Source: Phoronis australis
Lineage: Eukaryota > Animalia > Phoronida
NCBI GenBank assembly: GCA_002633005.1
Contig: NMRA01000117.1
Coordinates: 567,653 to 631,652, forward strand
Direction of reading: 5' to 3'
DNA length: 64,000 nucleotides
A program made the position numbers and the translations under genes. Below the pieces are notes generated by a model. The model did no database searches. It saw only the letters and a list, made by a program, of their open reading frames with translations, and was not told the DNA's origin. Shown piece after piece: positions 50,001 through 61,500 of the stretch (positions within the stretch are counted from its first letter, which is position 1; each line of letters starts with the position of its first letter).

Positions 50001-52248
50001 TTGTTCTAAAGTCTCATAAGGTTTGAGCTTTGGGATTCATGACCTGAAACTTTCATTGAAATTCATTCAATTTATTTCCCTTAAGCATTATTGTGGTCAA
50101 ATATGTAATTTTGGGACAAACAAAACTAGCGAGTCCTCAAGCAGTGTAAATCTTTGAGCAAATTGCTATGGCCAGACTCCATTTTAGATACCCTTATTTC
50201 AATGTGCGGTGTGAATGGTCATATACCCGGCATTTGAAATCAGGTGTCACAAACCACAAGCTGTTTCTTGATTTGTCTTGAAATAAACTTCTAGTGAAGT
50301 CAGTGGCCATTAATGTGCATAGAAATTAGCTTTGGGGCTCTGCCCTCATCAATCCATGGAATTAATGGTCAGGCTGGCAACCAATACTGCTTCTTTATGG
50401 CTTTTCTCAGACCCTGTTGGTATTGTTCATTGGTGAAGCTGTGTTTCTCCCTATTTTACTGGCTGAATATGGAAAATTGACCGAGGCTTTACGCTCTTGA
50501 AATCTATCTCTTGTTATTTGTGACCATGACAGGATCTATTTCCGTTGCCAAAAGAAACATCTGAACCATCAGCGACTCAAAAAGTGCTCAAGTTGGTAAT
50601 GGAATTAGAATCCTATCACAGTAAGAAATATTATAGGACTGATTTTCTGAGTAAACAAGGTCCAAATCGATTTGTGTTTTATCCAGCTATGGGGACAAAA
50701 TGCAGGTTTAAAATGGGTACATTGTAGATTATTGAAAAATTTGCTTTTCTCATGTAGGAAAGTGAAAGACAACAAGCTGTAATTGATGCTTTGGCTGAGT
50801 TCTTTGGTCCTAATGCACTCAACTATTTAGAGTACGTTGACAAAGACTGGAGACTTGAAGACTATAACTGTGGAGGTCCTGTGAGTGTAGTCCAGCCTGG
50901 GGCTATGATGTATTTTGAGGAGGGAATCAGACAGCCTTATAACAGGTAAACTGAGGTCAAATAACCTCCTTCATTAACATTTGTCCTGCTAACAACATGC
51001 AATTTGTGGGCTGAGTGACAGATAGCATAGTAACGATACCAAACTCATGACCAGCAATGGAGTGTTATTCTTTGCGTAATACAAAACACCGCTACAAGAA
51101 TCCAATCCAATCCATTTGGTACTCCATCTGTCTGTGTGCCAGACCTATGCTGTGACATCCAGATGATGAGAGATGATAAGTTGTATGTAATTTGCTCAAT
51201 ATTTTGGATAGGAATGTCTTGATTGAATAACTGCAACTCCCAAAAAAAATTTATCCTGGTATAGATGACCCTCACTTGGTGATAAAGAACTGTATCGTTG
51301 TCGGATGCAGCACATTTTGATTACTTTCGTAATGTTTTCTTAAATGAGACGAGAATGTGTACGGCAACTGAATTGGAGATGAGAAAGTGCATCCGACTTA
51401 ATTCTGCTTTTGGTGTTTTAGAGTGCATTTTGCTGGTACGGAGACGGCCACTGTGTGGTGTGGATTCATGAATGGTGCAGTGCAAGCTGGAAAGCGAGCA
51501 GCCAATGAGGTGAATATCAGCATCCACCTCACAGCAGGGTGTCCAAATGTCTTGTAGTTGCTGTATACGGTTTTTTACCAGTAACCTCAGGGAAATGTCA
51601 AAATAAACATCGTATTTCGGAAAAACGCTTTCTGACTGGTACTATTAGTGTTCAGTGTGCTGTTCTTCAAAACTTAATTATCAATTATCTTTAAAATGTT
51701 TCATGGTGGATTTTTATGATTGTTATGAAAAATAATCAACTTTCTTCGGCCTTTTGTTCTGTAGTCTTGCGGTGATGTAATTTGGCAGGAAAAGGCTACT
51801 TCAGGTGTCATTAGAAATGCACCCGCTTGAGTGATTAAACAATATTTTGTCATTAGAAATGCACCCGCTTGAGTGATTAAACAATATTTTGTCATTAGAA
51901 ATGCACCCGCTTGAGTGATTAAACAATATTTTCCCCTGTTGCTTATATATTGCTGGGACTATCTGTATGGCCCAATATATCTATAACAATTCAAGGAAGA
52001 CTTTAATTAATTTGGAAAATGTTGACTTGTATGTAAAACACTTGTCATTGCAGGTGCTGTATCATTTACGCCCTCAAGCTTTAAGTACTAGCGAACTTGT
52101 GGAGACCGCGTATGGACCAAAGAAATCACAGAAACCAAAGAGGTCTAATGGGAAAAAGTTGGTGAAAATAACGGTACTTGTGGGATTAGCTGTTGCAGCT
52201 TGGGTAGTAGTAAAACGTGGATATGTAAGAAACGTGTTTTTAAGGTAG
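41073..52248 (+). CDS. Flavin-containing monoamine oxidase-family protein with C-terminal membrane anchor, 12 exons, 537 aa
   Basis: Exons 41073-41208, 43135-43225, 43925-44099, 44563-44677, 45518-45675, 47517-47606, 47809-47896, 48638-48738, 49804-49992, 50758-50945, 51422-51509, 52054-52248 (1614 nt, all GT-AG). Motifs: [70 protein letters not shown]-terminal hydrophobic helix. Confidence 0.93.
41389..41894. mobile_element. Palindromic MITE (host of the solo LTR); partial second copy at 42484-42655
   Basis: TIRs ttaagtaccttttgcg / cgcaaaaggtacttaa. The arms are complementary along most of their length. Confidence 0.75.
41673..41834 (+). mobile_element. Solo LTR with tRNA-like Pol III promoter (second Helenus-like family)
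   Basis: tgttgtga...ttctaca with 4-bp TSD gttg (41669-41672 and 41835-41838). Palindrome ggcaattgcc (41744-41753), A box tggccaaatgg (41757-41767), B-box-like ggttcaagtct (41798-41808). Removing it restores the symmetry of the host MITE arm. Confidence 0.8.
45637..45790 (+). repeat. Degenerate ~56-bp tandem repeat of the amine oxidase exon-5 end plus donor
   Basis: gaggctatggagaactgc...ttaag|gtgagtttggga is followed by gaggcaatggagaactgc...ttaag|gcagtttggaa and a third decayed copy. Confidence 0.7.
45921..46153. repeat. 58-bp minisatellite x4
   Basis: taaatgcattaaataagaagaattctttcaccttgattcattagaaactcagcccatt repeated. Confidence 0.92.
47005..47121. repeat. 29-bp minisatellite x4
   Basis: tagctcaccaaatgagtggcagaccaaca repeated. 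Confidence 0.92.
48368..48496. repeat. 23-bp minisatellite x~5.5
   Basis: gtgaccccatgaccttgtgcata repeated. Confidence 0.92.
51807..51932. repeat. 42-bp minisatellite x3
   Basis: gtcattagaaatgcacccgcttgagtgattaaacaatatttt repeated. Confidence 0.92.
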
Positions 52249-54261
52249 AGGCAAATTAATTACACGAGTGTATTGTCTAAAAAACAGTTCACTAAGTAAG
52301 GTTGCCCTTACAATATTGTTTGTTTACCCAGCGCATCCCTCATTGGTCAGAAGTGGGGAGGTAGGTAAAGTATTTAATTTTCACGCTTTTGCTTATTAGA
52401 CATTGGCCTCTTGTTTTTGTTGCAACAAATATGTTATATCTATGGCTGACAGAAATCATGTCAGATGTCAAATGAAATATTTTGAGTCACGTTTGCACTA
52501 ATATGTTACAGTCGGTAGTGTAATGCGAAAAAAATTAATTGAGTACGCCTATAATAATGTATATACTTACTTCCTTAATTGGACTTTCAGTGATGGTCGT
52601 AAATTCATTTTTCTTGTCTTCATAAATCACATCAGGAAACCAATTGTCTGAGCTCATGTTTAGTGCAAATGCCACATAAACTATGACTTGTGACCACAAA
52701 TATAAAGTTTATGAGAGATTACTCGAAATGTTACCAGTCGCATCGCATGAAATTAAAGAGTTTAGTCGAAGTGTGACTAGTGATTGGTCAGTCTTTGAAT
52801 TGAGTCTCAAGAAAAGGTTAATGATCACAATACCTAATGTTGCATCACTTATCATCGATTTGAATCTGTCTTCTGTTGACACAGCAGAAAAACCAAACAC
52901 ACAGTTTGTGGTGTGTATAATTTTAGAGGAATCTGGTCAAATGTTGGGATAGCATTTTACAAGTTTCCTATGACTTCAGCAGTCTATTAACAGCCGCTTG
53001 CTATGTCAGAATTTCAGTGCGATTCAGTAGCATGTCAGTATAAAATATGAACCACTGGAGTACCAGTAGTAGCAAATATTTTGTTTGACGGTTACACATA
53101 ACTAGTCTAGGATAGGTTGGGCAAATTAAAGCCATGCAAATCTAAACAATGTTAAGGTTTTCCTTGAATTGACAAAACTCGAGAGTGTAAACTGCAAAAG
53201 ATACCCATGTACAATACTTGGGAAAAGGGCCAAGGTAGCCAGATGTGAGATATACTTTCAATTCTCTCAACTCAGTATTCCACAACTGATTAAAGGTCTT
53301 CCAAATTTGCAGCGCTAGTTGCAGAAATTATGTAATATGGGTGAGAAATCTAGGAATGTGCATCAAATTCAAATGATTTAGCGAATCATGCTCTACTGTT
53401 CATATATTATGGTGGCTATAAGCCCGTTTTCCATCTCAAAACAACTTCGACTTAGATGTCAGATTCATCTTTATTGTTCCTAGTCCAATTGGCTCTCAAG
53501 GCTTGGAATGACCAATGACAAAAAAGGAAAATTTTCCAGGTGATATATCATTCCACAAGTAAGTAGGCTGTCGTGATAGAAATATTTTTTGTCGTAAAAT
53601 TGAACTGTAATGAACGTTTTTGCATGAATAATCAATAGTAAAAAAGAGACAAAAAAGAGGAAACTGTAAATCAAAAAACAGGAAATTGAAACCAAAAAAG
53701 AGGAAATTCTCTATAAAGTGGAAAATTCCAAGCCCTGGGCTCTAGAGATTGACTTGTCACAGCAAGTCATTTTATGAGCTGAGCACGGTCTCGAGGAATA
53801 ACGAAGACAGGTTGTTGCAAGTCCAGAAATCACCTTTCATCTGAGTGAGGAACAAACTGTGACCCATTTTAAAGCAGTAACAGGTTTAACTAAAAATGCT
53901 TCTCCAGCTGTTTTAAATGAACATGTAGATCTTATTTATGCGTTATAGTGTGCCAAAACATTTCATGCTGAAAGATGTGTGAACTGTGCATTGTAAGGAT
54001 GACCTCTTTTCATTGTACAGTAAATTCTCACCAATTTAGGACAACATGGCGGCCAAGTGAGATTTCATTTCTCATTTTTTTCATGTTCAATCTCTGTACC
54101 ACAGCTACTGTCAGATGAGATTCAAAATTTTCAATATAGTGTTAGCAGCCTTTGAAAAATGTGTTAATTATTTTTGTTCAAAATTGGTGAGATTTTAAAA
54201 TAGCTTTTAATCTGTCATACTTAGAACCAATGTGAAACAAAAACATGACATAAAGCAAACC

Positions 54262-54273
54262 AATAAATTTATT
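54262..54273. terminator. Back-to-back polyadenylation signals (AATAAA on both strands)
   Basis: The palindrome aataaatttatt lies between the convergent amine oxidase and ARL6IP1 genes, near a switch from T-rich to A-rich plus-strand composition. Confidence 0.4.
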
Positions 54274-55553
54274 TCGTGCTTTATAGACTAACTTTCTCAA
54301 CCAAAATGATGCAAACAAGTAACAATAAAAAAAAAACAAAAATGATACAGCGACCTTTAAAATGAGATTTTACGTTTAAGTTAAAACACCTATGCCAATA
54401 CAAACAGCCACACATAAGACAATCAGACGATGACTAAGACTGTGATACATAAATACTGACGCGAGAACTCCATGTTAAATCAGATTATTGAGTTAAGAAA
54501 TATTACACAGGCTATATGTTACCAGATTTACAGTCACATTGCATTACAACAAATCCTAGAACCTGTCTCAAGCATTCGTTGTAACCCACGTTTGCTGTAA
54601 CCAAATCAGAATTGGCTTGGAGCTTGTGGAATGGAACGAAAGTAAGCAAACCTAATAAACAAGGTTCATTGCCAAACATGCAGACTGTACAAGATGAGTA
54701 TGAATTATTAAACGCTCCAGTTGCACTCTAATTAAACTAAGCACTACTATAATAGTTAATATTATTAGTGAGGCCATCAGAGGCGATTAATTGGAATTTC
54801 TACATTAATTCTAGGTTCACTACCATTTATATAATACAACGAATGCATACATACTCTAATAATCGTTACATAATTTACATACAACAAATGACCTTATAAC
54901 AAATCAACGCAAATATCACAAACTCAGCAGCACTTTAACATGAATAACCATATAACCAACAGGTGGCGTGCAAGAGATTACTAATGTTAGCTAACTACAC
55001 GTGCAACACAACTTAGAAAATCCTAAATAATAGACACACAAACAGCTCGATTTGCATACTTCACAAGCAAGTTCACTTTCACACAAGATTTTGTCCTGCA
55101 ACTACTTTTCAATTCTTTCCTGTGAGAATTGACAAGGTATGTTGGTGGTGTTTCTAGACTTTAAAATTCAGTTAACTGTCATGCAGTATAACAAAAAGAC
55201 CAACCACAAAAAGCATCCTGAGGATTATTTATTTTTATAAATTGACTGACTTACACATAATATTGCATGATATTAAATAAAAAGTTCTAGATGGTATCTT
55301 TTTAAATCAAATATAATTCAGGTTATTTCGCCAATATTTCACCCAAAATAAAAGTTTTGACTTTTTGTCGGAGTAAAAATTTGTGCGTAAGCCTGTCAGT
55401 AACATAATTCAACAAAATCCTAGGTCAGTCATGATTGTTCCAGAGGCATAAGACTGTAGTGATCCATTTATATAACAACAGATACCCACAGTACAACGGT
55501 AATAAACAATTAGGCACACAAGACATCGTGATGGCTCTCTTCTCACTTCTAGA

Positions 55554-58500
55554 TTACGTTTTCTTCTGCTTAGCTCCCTTAACCAGGTCTTGGAACACCT
55601 TTAGAGCCATATTGGTATACTTCTGCATGATACCATGGTGACGGAGGCCAGGAGTTAAGACCAGGAGACAGACTGAAAGGAATAGAACTAGTATACTATA
55701 GGAGTCTCAGGCTCTGCTTTAGAATAGTCGTAATACAGGGAGCAGCAATCCCGATGAAGGGTTAGTGGAAGGCTATCCACAAATCTATTCAGGTATTTTG
55801 CCTGACTTAGTCTGACTTGAATGGTGGCTAGAGTTCCCCCACCAACACCTAGGTACAAAATATGCACACAACCTTAAGTTTCCCTCTTGAGATATCATGC
55901 CCACAACTGATAAGGGTTGTGTATGTGACGTTAAGATATATGATAAGATCTAGACGGATAAGAGAGTCAATCTCAGCCAAGAAAAGTGGATCAATCATGA
56001 ACAGGGACGATGAAGGTTATAAACTGTCCAAAGTTTGGAATAGCCTGATCACCATGCCACCTAGTGTCCAATAACATTGCAAGATGGCTGCTGATAGGAG
56101 CCGAAAATGTCAAAGGTTATTATGTTCTTACTGGCTGTGAAAAAAGAAATTACAATTCATGAACTCTACCAACATTATGAAACTATTTAGTAATACTTTT
56201 ACCTGCTTCATATTAACGGGCAGTGGGGACAAAAACATTCATGACTATAATAAAGTAGCAGACAAAATAACCTACCAACAAGGTAAGTGAGCAACAAGTT
56301 GTCTATGAGGCTACCAATCCAGGCCATGGTGGCTAAGGTTGAAATCATGACACAGTAGTACTGAAAGAAGATAACAGATGGCAATAAGTGTGTTTGTTTA
56401 ATGTGAATGAAAGTTGGGTATTGGCAAGAGTGGATTTAAGGTCACACTGGATTAATTAATACACATTTGCTGCGGAAAAATAAATATCAAAAATGATATT
56501 GCTGAACTACACTCTTGTCCTCAGTTTAATTGTGCAGATTCAAGAATGCTGACTTGTCCCATCAAAAAAAATTAAATAATTCCAGTTGGCTAGGGGATTT
56601 GATATTCACTAAAAGTAGAGTTAACGATGAGAGTTGCTTCTTTTCAACATCTGAATTAGATTGAGAGCACAGAGTCCTCCATCAGGTGCTGGATGATTAC
56701 CTGATAGCAGGTATATCTGTGGATAGACGCCTTGCTGTGCTACACTAGCACCACCTAGTGACTTTAGAGTTACACATTGCAACAAGATAACCTGATAAGT
56801 TTCTCTGCACATTGGGCAAATTTGGCATGTTATAGGTTTTACATATATACAGAAGATATATTGCATATAGCAACAGGTTTTAACACTTATATTGAGTTAT
56901 ATCTGCTGGCTAAAAATAGCCGACTTCAAAGTATTCTAGTATTCTAAGACAAAATAAGAATGAAGCAATATATTAAGCCCAAAGAAAACACCTATGAGCT
57001 CTATTCTGATGACAAAATGAAAGAAGTGGTAATTTCACAACTTATTTTTTACGAGGACCACAAACTTGAAGTATTCAGCACACGTCATTGTGTGAAAAAG
57101 AAAGTCACAAGATAATATTCGTATTACCTAAACAGTAATCAGTATGACTAAAAAAGGGCTTAACAATGTGAAGCCCCATGTACATACACTATAAAAGAGG
57201 CCACAGTTTTCAAAAGGCTTACATAATCTTTCACAGACGAAACATATTTTTGTTGTTTTATTCTGCACTGTAAGTGGCCAACATCAAGATTGATTGTGAA
57301 ATTTCTTGCTCTAATGTTGCACAGAAAACAAGTGACTGCACAATAACATACATTGTATAGTCAGGGTTGGTGTTCTCAAGATTATTTCACCCAAGTCAAA
57401 GATGTGCTTTGCCAAGAGAACTGGCTGAATATGGATAATTTTAAGGACACGACAGGCTGATTATTTATGACACTTTGTATGTCCACCAAGCAAGCATTCG
57501 CTATCTAGAATTTTGCAGGATACTTCATTATCGACGGACAATTTTTCCTGGTCTAAAATGCAAAAAAAAATCATTGCATATTTGTAGCTAGTGTAACGAT
57601 ATTTTTTCAAAAATTTTCATGTCCATGGAAACTACAATAATCTCTGTGAAAAATCCCAACATTTTAGGAAAAAACATGGCCATGAGATTGTAAACACCCA
57701 GGCATTATATTTGTGGACATATTGTATTTCTTTGATTATCAAGGTGTTGACTTCACAAGCAGGAATTTAAAATTTAAAAAGAATAGACCCTTGCTTAATA
57801 AAAGCGTTTAATTGATAGTTCAAAGGCCATAGTCACAAAGATATAGAGGATCTTACAACTTTAGGCCGGGTTGACTTCATGTTTGAGAGAGATGCTTGCA
57901 TATTGAAGACGTGGGTCTTGAGGTGAAGCAGGCGACCACAGATCTGTTCATACTGGCGCTCTTGGATGGCAGTCCTGAAATAACATCATAACTATTATAA
58001 TAACCTACAATAGAAACCAACCTAAGAAGTATTTTAATGTTATCTGGGCCATATTTTGGTTAGAACATACTTTTTCTGGATTGTGGCTGGTTATGGATTT
58101 GACAGCATGTCAACAACAGTGGCTGATCACAGGGAATACTAAAGGTAACAAGAGGTTACAAGAGTGTCGGTAAAAGTTTTGTGTGCCAACTTAACAAGCC
58201 ATAACTTCTCTAGTTGTATCTTTTGGTATACAACAGGTCTGTGACCTATGACTCCAGTGGACAAAAAATTCAGATAAATCAGTATGACATCATGCTGCAT
58301 TGGATGGTAAGGATGAAATTCCTCCAATGCTTTAAGTGAATGTAGTCCAGTTACGAAGCAGGGGCCATGCGTAGACTCTAGCGACATGTGCTGAAAACAG
58401 TTGAATTTTCTTATACAGAACTGGTGGCCTCAGTTCTGTATCAAAAGTTACTTCATTGTTGATGATCACACCACAGAGAATTCATTTATCTTTAAAACAC

Positions 58501-61500
58501 TGCTATAAACACACAAAAATATAAAAAAGATTCACACGCTGATGCACACGTTGAGAGGAGGACCTCCCTCGAAAACTACGCCTGTGTTACATTGAACTGA
58601 TACATACAATAAAATTCTACCATTTTCCAACAAAGCTGTCCTACTCACAGTATATTTTCTGCAGAATAAGATTGATGAACACACATAACTACGTTGTGAA
58701 TATTAGTGCATTGTTACACATCTCCCTATTAATGCATAAATCAATCACAATTTGTTTTTGGCCAAAACATGAGTACGAACTTTCAAATCAACGTTGACTA
58801 ATACAATGATTTTAAAGTTTGCATTGAATCAAATAATAACAAGTCCTCTTCCAAGTGGGTTTTCGTAATACTTGTAACAGATCCCATTGATAACATATTA
58901 AATGTATTCAACTTACAATCACACATGCACTACAGACCTCTCACCAGGGTACTTTACCTTAACAGTATGTAAATGGTGCTCCTTCCTGATAAAATTGTGA
59001 ACAGAAAAAGCTACAAAAAGTAGACTTAATAAAACCAGAACCACAGAAGTCGAACTGTGTTGTTCAAACTAAAAAATATTCACTAATGGAAGAGCTTGAG
59101 TGAATCTCGTGGAACTTTACTGAACATTGTTGCGCGTTCAACAAATTTTGTCTAATGGAAAATTAATATGCAACTAACACCCATGAGTTGAATAGTTGTG
59201 CTGAGAACATTGCACTATTTACATACCAGATATCTGTACTGAATAGTTATTCTGAGAACATTGCACTATTTACATACCAGCTATCTGTACTGAACAGTTT
59301 GACGACAATTGTCGGCACCAGATAATCAGCCAAACACAGCAACATGCCCAGAAGTGAGAACGTCGTTAGAACGGAGGGTTCAAAATACCAGATCATCCTG
59401 GGGGAAAACAGTAATATTGTTACGTTAACAAAACAGTCATAAGTGAAAATGAAACTCAAATACCTGTGAAGTGAATTTATTTCAAACATTCAACTTGTAA
59501 AGTAATATGGACAAATTGAGTAGTCAAACCGTGCTACGATAAAATCCAACCAATTTAGGACACAATATGGTAGCAAGTGAATTTTCATTTTTTGTTTTTT
59601 ATAAACAGTAAGTAACACCAATATAATGCTTCACCATTTTAAAGAAATTTACTGCACTGTTGCTACCAACAGATGTTTTGTGAAATTGAAGTATTCAAAG
59701 TGTTAGAAACCTAAGAAAAATGAAAACAATGTTATTCTGACAATTACTTTTGTACACAATTGGCAAGAATTTCCTGGTTAATTTGTAATTTTTGCTCACT
59801 TAATAATTCTCTACACTGTACAAACACTGATTCGGTCAACAGCACCCCCTTTGACAACTGAATATGCTTGTATTAAGAACGATACACCTGTACCTGAACT
59901 AAGACATTTATCAAAGGAAATTTTTTCCTCAAGTGTGTTTCACATGTAGGTGCATATGCCCGTGCTTCATGTAAGAGTGCAGGAAGCTATTCCTTTGCAT
60001 TTGTGCATGTTTTAAACTGAGTGCTATTTGTAGGTTTTATTCCATACTTAACACTTTTCAGTTGATATTCCGAGTTAAATTGAATAGACGTCAACATTTA
60101 CTCCTCTGTTTTACTCCAGCCTTTCACATAATTATGGACATAAGTGCAGATTGACTTATAGGGGTATGAGGCTAAATACACGCATATACAGTAATTAAGT
60201 ATCAGTCCACCGATCCTCCGACCACTGTACAGCCAACAAGCGGCAAGGTCGGGGGTCAGCCATTCACAACCATGTTCAGTCCAATAAATCACATTAGGGA
60301 TGAGAGAAATTGGGTGAAGTATGACACCACAGAGTTCGGTGCTTAAGGAATTACAAGGGAAGACTTCTGGGGGGCACAATGAGGCAATTTCTTGATGCGG
60401 AATGAGTCATTTTTTACTACATTTTCTGCTGTAGTTTCTGCTTCAAACAGAATCGTTTCTGAATAATTTTGATATCACATGATAAGTTCATGACCAGTGT
60501 AAGCAAAAATGGCATCGACACTAAAATATCGGTTACCATGGTAACACTGGAACTGTTTCCGTGGAGGTACTTTGCATGCTTGTTAAAAATCAGCAGTAAG
60601 TTATACCCTAATAGCGAAGCCGACCCCACGAGGAAACTGGTCCTGGTTTTCAAATGGCGAACAGTTTCGCCTATATAACTAGAGCCACATCCAGCACAGA
60701 TAAATTTGTATACTACCTTGGACCGTAGAACCATAGAAATTTTGTCCTTAGGGTTAAATAAATTCGACAGTTTTAGAGACTTGAATGTTAATACAACTCT
60801 TAAGTTCACACAGTAATCATTCACCAATTTGTTGAGTTTTCGTTGAGCAATTTTGGCGTAAAACCCAGCATAGGGTATTTTAAAGTACTCGCTTGTAGTT
60901 AGTTTCGTCAAGATACAAGATGAATATTATCAGGGTTACGTTGGAGTCTTGCTTTCCGTACCCTATTGACTAATTCTAGGGGATATCTATTCTTTTTCAA
61001 ATTCGTTGTAAGTTCTTTAATATTAGAATCAAATCTAGCCCAAGTGTTGTACATGTGATATACCCTGTCTATTACCGTAGCCATTTGAAAACCAGGACCA
61101 AGGAACATCTAAATTCTGACAGAAATTCACATGTATATTCACCTACAGAGCTACAATCATTGTTTTCAGCAGTGCTCTTTCAATAACTTTGCAATAATAG
61201 ACCAGGCAGTAACAACAAAGGAGCTTAAAATTTGTGCAACTTTACACATCAGTTGGTGCAAGCCCAATCTCAATAGGCAACTGACACATCACAGGTTGTC
61301 ATTGTTGGTCGAGTTCATTGTCATTCCCTGTAACTGACTGTATCTGTGCTTCATTACTTGTTGCTGGGCTTAGCTAGGTGGCCACTGTATTATCACTTCT
61401 GAGGATGGTGTTGAACAAATGACACCGAAACATGTCAAGTCTTAAAACCGTTGTTGTTTTCTTGAATATATGTTGCTACTTGCGATGATGGAAATCTACA

